Below are positions 50,865 through 61,100 of a stretch of 64,000 bases of DNA, one piece after another; the first letter of the stretch is position 1; each line of letters opens with the position of its first letter. The stretch covers positions 485,946 to 549,945 of the forward strand of contig NC_014168.1 of assembly GCF_000092825.1 (NCBI RefSeq), given 5' to 3'. Source of the stretch: Segniliparus rotundus DSM 44985 (GTDB lineage: Bacteria > Actinomycetota > Actinomycetes > Mycobacteriales > Mycobacteriaceae). The translations under genes were made by a program, and so were the position numbers. The notes under the pieces were generated by a model, which was given only the letters and a program-made list of their open reading frames with translations, did not search any database and had not been told where the DNA came from.

Positions 50865-52072
50865 TGGGCATGGACACCACCAGCCCGGAGTCCGATAGAG
50901 TTCTGCCAGAGCGCGTCCCGCCGGAAAGGACCCTGTCGGGGTACACCGTCGGGGTGACGGCCGCGCGCCGCGCCGACGAGTTCGCCGCGCTTTTGACCCG
51001 TCGCGGCGCCGTCGTGCTGCACGCCCCGGCGATTGTGATTATCCCGTTGGCCGACGACGCCGAATTGGAGCGAGTCAGCAGGGAGATCATCCAGAATCCG
51101 CCGGATGTGGCCGTCGCGACGACCGGCATCGGTTTCCGGGGCTGGCTGGAAGCAGCCGAAGGCTGGGGCGTCGCCGAGGAGCTGCGCAACGCGCTGCAGG
51201 GCTCGCGGCTGGTGGCGCGCGGCCCGAAAGCCACCGGCGCGATCCGTGCGGCTGGCTTGCGCGAGGCGTGGTCGCCAAGCTCGGAGTCGTCGAGCGAAGT
51301 CTTAGAACGCCTGCTGGAAGAAGGCGTGCAAGGGTTGCGTGTGGCGGTCCAGCTGCACGGGGCGACCACAGAGTTCGAGCCGCTGCCCGACTTCAGCGAA
51401 GCATTGCAGGCCGCGGGCGCGCAGGTGCTGGCCGTGCCGGTCTACCGTTGGGAGCCGCCGCACGACCAGTCCGCGATGGATGCGCTGATCGCGGCTGTGG
51501 CGCAGGGGACGGTCGACGGCGTGAGCTTCACCAGCGCCCCTGCTGTCGCGTCCATGCTGGGCAGAGCCAAAGAGACGGGCATGTTCGAGCAGCTCCTCGA
51601 TGGTTTCCGCGCCCAGGTGGCGGCGCTTTGCGTCGGCCCGGTGACCGCCGCGCCGCTTGAGGCGCTCGGCGTGCCGACGAGCGCCCCGGCCCGTTCCCGG
51701 CTCGGGGCGCTGGCCCGGCATATCGAGGAGGAGCTGCCGAGACGGGCGAAGGTGTTCCGGGCCCACGGCCACACCATCGCCGTCCTCGCCCGGGCCGTTG
51801 TGGTGGACGGCGAGGTCCGCCACCTCGCGCCGTCCATGCTGACGCTGCTGCGAGCATTGGCCCGCCAGCCCGGACGAGTGGTCACTCGCGAGGCATTGCT
51901 CGCGAGCCTGCCCGGACACAGCGCCGACGCGCACGCGGTGGAGGCCGCGATCGGCAGGCTCCGAACTGGTTTGGGAGATCCGAAGATCGTGCAGACCGTG
52001 GTCAAGCGCGGATACCGGCTCGCCGCTGACTGGGGGGTCGACGACTTCGGAGCCAGCGCCGACAAATACTGA
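50864..52072 (+). CDS. Uroporphyrinogen-III synthase (HemD) domain fused to a C-terminal OmpR-type winged-helix DNA-binding domain.
   Basis: HemD-like N-terminal 250 aa. C-terminal ...LTLLRALARQPGRVVTREALL...VVKRGYRL (trans_reg_C). This architecture is known in mycobacteria beside cbiX. Confidence 0.7.
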   Translation: MGMDTTSPESDRVLPERVPPERTLSGYTVGVTAARRADEFAALLTRRGAVVLHAPAIVIIPLADDAELERVSREIIQNPPDVAVATTGIGFRGWLEAAEGWGVAEELRNALQGSRLVARGPKATGAIRAAGLREAWSPSSESSSEVLERLLEEGVQGLRVAVQLHGATTEFEPLPDFSEALQAAGAQVLAVPVYRWEPPHDQSAMDALIAAVAQGTVDGVSFTSAPAVASMLGRAKETGMFEQLLDGFRAQVAALCVGPVTAAPLEALGVPTSAPARSRLGALARHIEEELPRRAKVFRAHGHTIAVLARAVVVDGEVRHLAPSMLTLLRALARQPGRVVTREALLASLPGHSADAHAVEAAIGRLRTGLGDPKIVQTVVKRGYRLAADWGVDDFGASADKY

Positions 52073-52133
52073 GCCGACACAAACCGGGCCGACCAAGACC
52101 GGTCCGACACAGACCGGGCCGGTCCGCAGGCGC

Positions 52134-52529
52134 TCAAGCGCTCGCGCGGAACTGGTCCAGCAGCAGCTCGGTCAGCGGAGCGAACGCGCGCTGATCATCC
52201 GCGCCTGGCGTGATCCAGGCGATTTCCTCGATCTCCGCGTGCGCATGGGGCTCCTGCGCGCAGGCCACCCGGTACACCTCCGCGAGCACTGTCGCCGCAG
52301 GCTCATGCGCCGCCGGGGCTTCGAACACGCCGAGCCGCTGCGCGTGCTCGGGGCCGATCTGCACCCCCAGCTCTTCGTCGAGCTCGCGCACCAGCGCGTC
52401 GAGCGGCGCTTCGTCTGGTTCGACCTTCCCGCCCGCCTGCATGAACACGGCGGTCCCCCGCTTGCGCGCGACGAGGAAACGGCCCTGCGCGTCGATGATG
52501 ACCGCGGCGACCACCCGGATGATGTCCAT
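52134..52529 (-). CDS. NUDIX hydrolase (MutT-like).
   Basis: Internal ATG MDIIRVVAAVII.... Nudix box GGKVEPDEAPLDALVRELDEELG. Confidence 0.7.
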   Translation of the reverse strand: MDIIRVVAAVIIDAQGRFLVARKRGTAVFMQAGGKVEPDEAPLDALVRELDEELGVQIGPEHAQRLGVFEAPAAHEPAATVLAEVYRVACAQEPHAHAEIEEIAWITPGADDQRAFAPLTELLLDQFRASA

Positions 52530-52608
52530 GCCCGCCACCCTAGCCGGTTCTTGTGGCCGCAGGACGATCCGCGCGTCGTCCGCGCCCCGGCCGGGGTAGG
52601 GTGATGCT

Positions 52609-53307
52609 GTGCCGCCCGACCAAGCCTCCCTCCTGCTTGTCGCGCATGGCACGCGGTGCGCTGAAGGCGTGGCCATGTTCGAGGACTTGCGGGACAAAGT
52701 GGCCCAGCTGTTGCCGGACGCACAGGTGCGGCTCGCCTATGTGGACGTGATCGGCCCCACCCCCGAGGACGCGCTGCGCGAACTGCCCGGACCCGTCGTG
52801 ATCGTTCCGGCCTTCCTCGCCAGCGGCTATCACGTTCGGATCGACCTGCCTGAGCAGGTGCGGCGCAGCGGCCGCTCCGACACAGTGACCGCCCCTGCGC
52901 TTGGCCCGGACGTCGCGCTTGCCGAGGTGATGGCCGAACGGCTCACGCAAGCGGGTTGGGCGGGCGAGGGCCAAGTGGTGCTTGCGGTCGCCGGCAGCAA
53001 CGATCCAGCAGCGCAGGCGGAGAACCAGACAACGCTGCGCCAACTGGAGGCCGTGCTCGGCGCGAGCGTGCTGCTGGGCACGATCGGCCAAGGCTCTCCC
53101 CGGATCGCCCAGGTGGTCCCCAGCCTCCCCGGCCCCGTTTTCATCGCGCAGTATCTGCTCGCCGACGGCCTTTTCTCACGCAAGCTCATCGACCTCGCCC
53201 CGCAGGCGAAAGGCAGAGCCGGGCCACTGGGGACACATCCCAAAGTGGTGCAGCTTGTCGTGCGCCGATACCGGGAGGGCCTCGCTGAGCCGCGCCCCAA
53301 CGTCTGA
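52609..53307 (+). CDS. cbiX: Sirohydrochlorin chelatase (CbiX/SirB family).
   Basis: LLLVAHGTR and LAVAGSNDP duplicated CbiX half-domains. Confidence 0.75.
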   Translation: MPPDQASLLLVAHGTRCAEGVAMFEDLRDKVAQLLPDAQVRLAYVDVIGPTPEDALRELPGPVVIVPAFLASGYHVRIDLPEQVRRSGRSDTVTAPALGPDVALAEVMAERLTQAGWAGEGQVVLAVAGSNDPAAQAENQTTLRQLEAVLGASVLLGTIGQGSPRIAQVVPSLPGPVFIAQYLLADGLFSRKLIDLAPQAKGRAGPLGTHPKVVQLVVRRYREGLAEPRPNV

Positions 53308-53330
53308 AGCGCACGCGCGCGCCGGTCGGC

Positions 53331-54695
53331 TCAACACTGTTCCCGCAAGATCGCTTCGAGCCTTTGGCACAGCCGCCCGACAGTCTCGCGCGCGACGGCG
53401 GTGTCCGGATGGCGGATGCGCAGCCACAGCCCTTGGCTCGTGCGGGAGAACCAGAACTGCGCGTCGTCCGCGACGGTCGTGTTGCTGATATGCGTTGTGC
53501 GCCGCTCGGTGTCGGCGGCGGACGCGGCGAACACTTTGCGATAGTCGATATGGCTCACCATGGACACGTCTCTGCGGACGAGCTCGAACGCCCCGGCCCG
53601 GCCCGAGAGCACCTGCCCCATCGGCACCTGGGCCGCTGGCAGCGCTTCGCGGAAGGCCAGCCGGTTCTGCCGCACGCCGTCGGCGAAATCGGTCCCGCAA
53701 CGGAACACCAGCGGAATGTTGGTGACGAACCAGCCCACTGCCTCCTCCCACTCAGGACGCAGCAGGATGCGCATGGGGGTGAGCGTCGCGATGCGCTCAG
53801 GCCCGCCCAAATCCCGCACGGCCCCGGCGAGCGCGGTCAATTCGCCGGAGTAGAGGCTGCCTTCGTGGCTGTGGCAGAACGTTTCGAATCTCTCTGCGCC
53901 GTTCTCGTCCAGCAGTTCGCGCACGACAGTGCGTTGCGGCTCGATCTCCCCTGGCCGCACCCCGAGGTCCAAGGGGAAACTGGGGAACAGTCCTTTTTGC
54001 GAGGTGAGGAACTGCCGCCAGATGGTCAGACCAGGGTGGTCCTGCGGCAGCGGCGGCTGCCCGGTCTCATACGCGCAGTAGTCGAGAAAGCTGCCGACCT
54101 CGGGCAACGTCGGCGCTGGTTCGCCCGCGACCCGTGCCAAATAGTCCGCGCGCACTTCGCGGGCAATGATCGCCAATGAGAGCGCGTCCACCGCGCTGTG
54201 ATCGAAACCGCAGATCACGGTGCTCGTTTCCGGGCGGTCGACGGCGGCGAAGAGCGCGGCGGGAAATCGGGTCGGATCGCACACCGAGCGAAGCTTTTGC
54301 CGGAGCGTCGCGCTGAGCTCGTCGGCAGAAGCCATCGGAAGCGCCGCGTCCGGGGCGACGAGCGCGACGGCGCTGGCTGGATGGACCCGCCGAATGATGT
54401 TCCCGTCCACCGCCTCGAAAGAACAGCGCAGGCTCTCATGTCTGCGCATCAGCGCGGCGAAGGACTCGGTGAGCGAGTCGGGCCGGATCCTGCCCGGCAC
54501 GTCGAACGTCACCGCCAACCAGCCGTCGCTGCCATTTTTGGCTCCTTCGCGGCCCAGGAGCACCGCGTTGAGGTGAAAGCCCTGGTTCGCCGACGGCGGG
54601 ATGTCAGAAACCGGGCCAAGGGGCTGCGGCGGCGAATGCCATTGAAGGTAGCCGCCCGGATCCAATCTGACCAGGTCGATCGTTGTGACCAGCAT
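53331..54695 (-). CDS. Condensation-domain / PapA-like acyltransferase paralog 1 (motif-degenerate).
   Basis: Start at ATG 54695 (MLVTTIDLVRLDPGGYLQWH). The HHxxxDG position reads DHSAVDALS. Homologous over its whole length to the two upstream paralogs. Confidence 0.5.
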   Translation of the reverse strand: MLVTTIDLVRLDPGGYLQWHSPPQPLGPVSDIPPSANQGFHLNAVLLGREGAKNGSDGWLAVTFDVPGRIRPDSLTESFAALMRRHESLRCSFEAVDGNIIRRVHPASAVALVAPDAALPMASADELSATLRQKLRSVCDPTRFPAALFAAVDRPETSTVICGFDHSAVDALSLAIIAREVRADYLARVAGEPAPTLPEVGSFLDYCAYETGQPPLPQDHPGLTIWRQFLTSQKGLFPSFPLDLGVRPGEIEPQRTVVRELLDENGAERFETFCHSHEGSLYSGELTALAGAVRDLGGPERIATLTPMRILLRPEWEEAVGWFVTNIPLVFRCGTDFADGVRQNRLAFREALPAAQVPMGQVLSGRAGAFELVRRDVSMVSHIDYRKVFAASAADTERRTTHISNTTVADDAQFWFSRTSQGLWLRIRHPDTAVARETVGRLCQRLEAILREQC

Positions 54696-54714
54696 ACAGG
54701 GGACCGTCGTCGGG

Positions 54715-56277
54715 TTAGGCGTGCGACAGTTGCGCGATGGCGTGGCCGCCCGTTCGCACCACATCGAGGAACACGCCTCGCAGATGCTCCACGTATTTGC
54801 GGATGGAGGCTTCCGCGATGGGGTTGCCGGGGAAGTACACAATGAGCTCGAGCACGTCGTGGTACCGGTTGAGCCAATTGAACACCGTCGTGGTGGGCGG
54901 CACCGGCTGCACGATCTTGTGGTACGAGGTTTCCTTCGTGGCCAGCCACTTCGGGAACAGCCGCACGTCGATGAACGAGATCATCGGCGGCGGCTGGAAC
55001 GGGATGCCGGTCGAGTCCGCCGCGCCGGTCGCCTCGGCGACGAGGTCGATGACGCGTTGGATCGGCACCGAGGTGAGGTCCTTGGTCGCGGTCATCGCCT
55101 CGCGAGCGCGCGGCACGAGGTCCGCGAAGTCGTCCGCGCCCCGCAAGTCGAACACCACCGGGATCGTGTTGATGAACCAGCCGTGCGTGTAGGTGTACCG
55201 TTCGTCGTCGCGAGTCGCCACCGCCCGCAGCATATTGAACTGGTCGATGCCGCCGAGCTCGTAGTTCGTGGCCGCGAACGCGGCGTACAGGCCAGCGGTG
55301 AAACTGCCGCCGCGCTGCTTGCAGTATTGGTGCAGGACCTCGGCCTCAGCCTCGGTGAGCAGCTCAAAAGCGAGCACTTTCCCGCCCGGCTGGTCCGCTT
55401 CCCCGCCCAGGGGCAGGGGGAACTTCTGCAGCTGCCCGCCGAGCGTGTGGTAGTACTCGATCCACCGTTGCGTCTCGGGGGATTCGATGGTGAGCGACGC
55501 GAGACGCTCGCGTTCTTCCCGCGCTGCTTCGAGCTGGCTGCCGGGATCAGGCAGCATCAAGGGCTCGTCCTCGGCGATCGACGCGTACAGCGACTTGATT
55601 TCGACTATGGCGATGAGGTTGCTGTACCCGTCGCAGAAGCTGTGGTCCTCGGCGTAGACCGCGTGAAAGCCGCCCGCGTGCTCGACAGCGGCGAACACCA
55701 GCGCCGGCCAGCGCAAAGGGGAGGTGTTCGCGTCGAAGCGCGAGACGAGGTGGTCGCGCACTTGCGCGCTCGTTTCGAATGTCGGGCCCTCGACCAGCTC
55801 CCAGGTGAGCGTCGCGGGGTCGACTTCGTGCCGGACCACTTTGGAAATCGCCTGTCCGGCGTTGCCGATCGCCGCGACCTCCTGCACTTCGAACCAAGAG
55901 CGCAGGCTGTCGTGTCGTTTCAGGAATTGCTGCCACACTTCGCCAAGGGCTTCGCGGTCGAGTGGAGCCTCGAAATCGACGGAGACCGCCTCCCACACCG
56001 CGGGGGGCGGCGTGGGCAGTTGGGCGTTCGCCGCCGCGCGGCGGATGTGGCGTTCTTGGATGTAGGAGGCGGGCACCGCGCTGACCGGCGCGCCCGGACC
56101 TGACGAAGCGGCCGGGGCCGAGACCCGCCACTCCCAGATTTTGCCCGCGGGCGGCTGCCAAAGGTTCACCGGCGTCTGGATGCCGTGCTGCTCGGTCGGA
56201 CGCGCACGCGACACAGCGGTGTCGGCGCCGTCGTGGACTCCTTTTGCTGGCTGATTCACTCGGTGGTGTCCTCGCAT
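54715..56277 (-). CDS. Condensation-domain / PapA-like acyltransferase paralog 2.
   Basis: EDHSFCDGYS (HxxxDG). The start is uncertain: ATG 56379, ATG 56277, GTG 56259 or GTG 56214. Confidence 0.5.
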   Translation of the reverse strand: MRGHHRVNQPAKGVHDGADTAVSRARPTEQHGIQTPVNLWQPPAGKIWEWRVSAPAASSGPGAPVSAVPASYIQERHIRRAAANAQLPTPPPAVWEAVSVDFEAPLDREALGEVWQQFLKRHDSLRSWFEVQEVAAIGNAGQAISKVVRHEVDPATLTWELVEGPTFETSAQVRDHLVSRFDANTSPLRWPALVFAAVEHAGGFHAVYAEDHSFCDGYSNLIAIVEIKSLYASIAEDEPLMLPDPGSQLEAAREERERLASLTIESPETQRWIEYYHTLGGQLQKFPLPLGGEADQPGGKVLAFELLTEAEAEVLHQYCKQRGGSFTAGLYAAFAATNYELGGIDQFNMLRAVATRDDERYTYTHGWFINTIPVVFDLRGADDFADLVPRAREAMTATKDLTSVPIQRVIDLVAEATGAADSTGIPFQPPPMISFIDVRLFPKWLATKETSYHKIVQPVPPTTTVFNWLNRYHDVLELIVYFPGNPIAEASIRKYVEHLRGVFLDVVRTGGHAIAQLSHA

Positions 56278-56449
56278 CGTCTCAGGTGCTCGGTGCTTTG
56301 CACGTTGGAAACACAGTCTGCCATGTGGAACCGTGTGTTTCACGACGGTAGCACTACCGCCGAGCGGCAGTGTGCTCATCTGCGTTTTTTCCAGCCCAGA
56401 AAGCCCAGTTCACAGAGAGAGATTGCGGTTTTCTAACGAAACTCGCCGC

Positions 56450-57907
56450 TCACGCGGGCTGGCGCAGCCGCTCCGCGCGAGCGGCGAGTTTCTGACCGGA
56501 AAGCGCGAACTCCCCGGTCTCGGCGACGCTGACGACGATCCTGCGGAACGTCGAGAGATATTTATGGACGTTGCGGCTGGCGGTTTCGGTGTTCGGGTAC
56601 CTGCCGCAGAGCACGAGGCCGCTCGGAGACCGGTTGAAGAACAGCGCGACCTCGTCGTCGGAGTAGTTCTTGCTCCGCAGGCCGCGCAGGCGCCATTCTT
56701 GCCATTGGTCGATGCCAGGAATGGCGAAGCCGTTGATGAAGGACACGAGGAAGGAGTTGTCCCGCGTGGGGCCCAGCAGCTCGCGGACCCGCGCGTAGGG
56801 GACTGAGGCGATGAGCCTGCCGGTTTGCTGCGTCTGCTGCGCGAGCGGGAGCGCCGAGGAGAACGAGTCGGACATGCGCAAGTCCACGGTCATCGGCGCG
56901 ACCCCGACGAACCAGCCGAGGGATTCCGCCCAGCGGGGATGGTTGCGGGTGTGGAACGGCATGACGGCGCTGAACTGCTCTCGGTCCGAAGTGAGTTTCG
57001 TGCTCAACGCCAAAGCGGCGATGATGCCTGCCTGGTAGTTGCCCCCGGCGGCCTTGCAGGCTTCGGAGAAATCTTCGCTCAGCTGCGAGTCCAAGAGCCA
57101 CGACATGTACCCGCGCTGCGCCACTTTGCCCCGGTGCGACCGCATGTCCTCCAACGGCAGCGGGAAGGTCACCGCGCCGCCGTCCTTGAGGACCGCGTCC
57201 CAGGCGCGCACGGCGGGGTGCTCGGGGCCCACCGCCTGCGCGGCCACGCGTTCCTCGGCCGAGAAGTCGACGTACGAGTCCTTGTCCCCGGCGGGCTCCG
57301 GGGTGAAGTCCGGGGCCTCGACGAGCACCTGGCGGTACAGCTGCACCAGCTCGTTGCCGAGCAGGTAGATGGAGTACCCGTCCAAAAGGCTGTGGTCGGC
57401 GACGAACAGCACGGTGAACGTGCCATCGTCGCGCTCAAGGGTGGAGAACACGTAGCCGGGCCAGCGCGACGGCGAGGCGATGGTGTCGAATTGTTGGCTG
57501 AGCTCGCGGTGCACGGCTGTCGCCGAATGCAAATCGCCGACGTCGATGGGAACGAAATCCGCCGCGCCCTCGGGGAGGGTGCGGCGGATGAGCGGCGAGG
57601 TCTGCGGGTGCGACAGGTCGACGAGCTCGACTTGGGAGCGCAGCACTTCATGGCGGTCCGCCCAGAGGCGCAGGGTGCGGGCGAAGGCCGCGTGGTCCAG
57701 CTCGCCCTCGAACTCCAAGGCGGTGCCGATCCACGATTCCCGCGTCTCGCACTTCGCGAGCGTGTACGCGCGCAGGTGCGCTTCGTGGACGAAGGAGGCG
57801 GGTCGGGGGTCCACCGGCCAGTCGCGCATCACGGTTTCGGCGTGTGCCATCCAATGGGTGACCCGGCCTGGGGTGATCGGGTAGTCGAAGAGTTCGACGA
57901 ACTCCAT
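56450..57907 (-). CDS. Condensation-domain / PapA-like acyltransferase paralog 3.
   Basis: 485 aa. ADHSLLDGYS (HxxxDG). Clean ATG start. Confidence 0.6.
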   Translation of the reverse strand: MEFVELFDYPITPGRVTHWMAHAETVMRDWPVDPRPASFVHEAHLRAYTLAKCETRESWIGTALEFEGELDHAAFARTLRLWADRHEVLRSQVELVDLSHPQTSPLIRRTLPEGAADFVPIDVGDLHSATAVHRELSQQFDTIASPSRWPGYVFSTLERDDGTFTVLFVADHSLLDGYSIYLLGNELVQLYRQVLVEAPDFTPEPAGDKDSYVDFSAEERVAAQAVGPEHPAVRAWDAVLKDGGAVTFPLPLEDMRSHRGKVAQRGYMSWLLDSQLSEDFSEACKAAGGNYQAGIIAALALSTKLTSDREQFSAVMPFHTRNHPRWAESLGWFVGVAPMTVDLRMSDSFSSALPLAQQTQQTGRLIASVPYARVRELLGPTRDNSFLVSFINGFAIPGIDQWQEWRLRGLRSKNYSDDEVALFFNRSPSGLVLCGRYPNTETASRNVHKYLSTFRRIVVSVAETGEFALSGQKLAARAERLRQPA

Positions 57908-58126
57908 CGGCCCGCTTCCTCTCTGTCTCGTTTCCGTCCGTTTCCGCGCCAGGGGTGTGGATTATTCTGCCGCTGGCGGCATCGGGGCGCGGGGCGCGAA
58001 AGCAGTGTGCTCTGCGTCTCGATACTCGGAAGAACTATTCCATGGAATCCTACATCACATTCACGCTCGTCGCTCGTGTGCGCGATAGTTGTCAGAGTTC
58101 GATGTTGCAATGGAAACCGTGTTGAG

Positions 58127-61100
58127 ATGGACAGGATGAGCCCGCGCCAGCTATTCGAGGAGCCAGCCCGATTGTTCCAGGATCTGGCTTCGGGCCGCCG
58201 AGGGCCGTTCATGGTCCGAGGCGGGCCCGGATCTGGCAAAACGAGGCTGGTCGTGGATTTGGCGTGTCATTGGGCCCCGCAACCGGGCACGGTCACGGTG
58301 GTGCTCACCTCGAACCGCGCGGCCGCGGACCGGCTCCGGGCCCAGATCCACGGCAGGCTGCTGCGGGCCAGCCCCCAGCTGGCGTTGGCCAAACCGCTGG
58401 TGCGAACCACCCATTCGTACGCCTTCGCGCTGCTCGAAGCGCGCGCGAGGGCCTCGGGGAATCCGCCGCCCCGGCTGATTCCGGCGGCGGAGCAGGACGC
58501 GACATTGCGCGAGCTGGCCATCGATCAGGCCGCTCGCTGGCCCGAGCCGTTGCGCGCGGCGCTCGGCTCGATGGAATTCACCGCCCAGCTGCGTTCAGTT
58601 TTCCAGCGCGCGGCACAGCACGGGCACGGGCCGGAAGGACTGATCGCGCTCGGCACGGCGCGCGCCCGCCCGGAATGGGTCGCGGCGGGGCGCACCTGGC
58701 GGGAATACGAACAGGTGATGACGCTGCGCGGCGCGGTCGGCATGGCCGACCCGGCCGCGAGCCCCGGCGCGCTCGACGCGGCGGAGCTGCTGGGCGCCGC
58801 GCTCGACGCGGTGGCCGAAGACCCGGACCTGCTGTTGCACCCGCTCGGCAAGCCGGGTTCCCGGTTCGTGGTGTTCGTCGACGACGCCCAGCATTTCGAC
58901 CCCCAGGCGGCCCGGTTGAGCAGCCTCGCCGCGCGCCGCGCCGATCTCGCGGTCTGCACCGTGGACCCGGACCAGTCGGTGTTCTGGTTCCAAGGCGCGC
59001 AAACCGGCCCTGGCTTGTGGCGCGAAGCCGAGCAGTTGCGCCTGGGCCCGAGCCAGCGGTTGTCGTCTTCGGTGGCGCAGCTGGTCGCCGCGGTCGCGCC
59101 GCGCTCCGCGCCGCAGGTCGCGACCTGCCGCGAGTCGGCGGGGGAGGCGCAGACGCGGCTGTACCCCACCGTCGCGGCCCAAGCCGAGGGCGTGGTCGAG
59201 GCGTTGTGCCGGGCGCACGCCCGCGATCAGGTCCCGTGGTCGCGCATGGCGGTTCTGGTCCGTTCTGTTCCCGTGTTGGAGCCGTCGCTCGCACGCGCGG
59301 CCGCCCTCGCGGACGTGCCGTTGCGCCTTGCGGCGATGAGCGGCCCGCTCGCGGCGAACACGGCTGTGTCGGCGTTGCTCTCCCTGCTCAAAGCGCTCGC
59401 GCGCAAGGCGTTGGAGCCCGCAACAGCGTTGGAGCTGTTGGTCTCGCCGATCGCCGGGGCCTCTGTTGCCCAAGCGCGCTCCCTGCGCAGGCTTCTGCGC
59501 GCTCAGGAGCCGGACCGCCCGTCGCTCGACCTTCTCGCCGAACTTGTCCTCGGAGCACGAGAACACGATGTGCCCGAGCCAGTGCTGCGCCTGCGTCGGG
59601 TGTGGCGGGCGGCCTGCGAGGCGCTCGGCGCTCCAGCTCCGACGGTCGAGACCGTCCTATGGGCCGCGTGGTCGGCGAGCGGACTGGAGGAGCGTCTGCC
59701 CGAAGGCGATTTCGCGGCGGTGCGCGCGCTGTTCGCCGCCGCGCGAGCGCAGCGCGCCGCCGACGCGGCCGACGCCGCGGCCGAGCTGGCGCGGTTCGCG
59801 GAGCGGGTCGAGCGCGAACGGCTGCCCGTGTCCGCAACGCTGGGCGACGGGGGCGGCTCGGATGCGGTGACCTTGCTCTCCGCGCACGCCGCCGCCGGAC
59901 AGGAATGGGACGTCGTGGTCGTCTGCGGGGTGCAGGAGGGGCTGTGGCCCGGGTTTTCTGAGTCCAGTTCCTTGCTCGGCGTGGACGAGCTCGCTGCCGC
60001 GCTGGCGGGGACTCCGGCAGAAGCCAAGCTGGACGCGCGCAAACAAGTGCTTGCGCAGGAGCGCAGGCTGCTCTATCTCGCTTGCTCGCGCGCTCGGGAG
60101 CAGCTGCTGGTCACAGCAGTGGAAGGCGAAGGCGATTTGGTCCCGTCCCGTTTCTTGGCCCCGTTGGCCCCGTTGGCCCTGCGAACGCAGGAGCACGGCC
60201 CGGCAGAGCGCGCCGCCGCGGCGCCCCCACCGGCTCCGGCGACCCCGTGGAGCTCGGCGGGCGTCGTTGCCGAGCTGCGCGCCCTCGCCTGCGGGGCAGA
60301 CCAGCACAGGGCGCAGCGCGCTGCCGCCGCCCTCGCCGCGTTGGCCCAGGCCGGGGTGATCGGCGCCCATCCCAAGAGCTGGCACGGACTCGCCGAGGTC
60401 TCCACAAGCGAACCGCTCGCCAAGGACGGCTCTCTGACGCTGAGCCCTTCTCGGGTCCAGCAGTTGCTCGATTGCCCGTTGCGCTGGCTCTTCGAGAGGG
60501 CAATGCCTGCTGCTCCGGGCGAGGCCGCTGCCATCGGCACAGCCGTGCACCTGCTGGCCTCGGTGGCGGACCGCTTCCCTGAGGACGAGTTGCAGGCCGC
60601 GCTCGACGCAGCGGCACGCGCGGCGGACGAGCGCAGCGCCCGCCCGCCGTGGGCCGCGCAACGGCGACGGGAACAGCTCGCGCGCCTCTTCGCCGCGTTC
60701 ATGGCGTGGCGCAACGCCTCACGCGGCGAATTGACCCAGGTCGGAGTCGAGATTCCCGTGGAGATGAGCGTTTCCGGGGTGACGCTGCGCGGGAGGATCG
60801 ACCGTCTGGAGAGGACAGCGCGCGGCGAGCTGGTGATCGTGGACTTGAAGACCGCTGCGACGCCCCGGAGCGCCGCGTCGGTTCGAGAGGACCCCCAATT
60901 GGCCTGTTACCAGCTTGTCGTCCGCATGGCGCGAGACGAGCCGGTGGCGGGTGGCAAACTCGTCTACCTCGGCGCCCTGCGGCAGGAGACGGGCGCTGCC
61001 GAGCGCGAGCAGCCCGCCCTCACCGAAGAAGAGGCCGCCCAGTGGAACAGCACGATCCGCGAGGCCGCCGCGGCGGCGGCAGGCCCGCAGTTCCGCGCCC

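Noticed and set aside
56825..58126. N-terminal 434 codons of the 1459-aa plus-strand ORF.
   Set aside because: This stretch is antisense to PapA-like paralog 3 and to the AT-rich intergenic region. The real adnA begins at the ATG at 58127, just before its Walker A motif.
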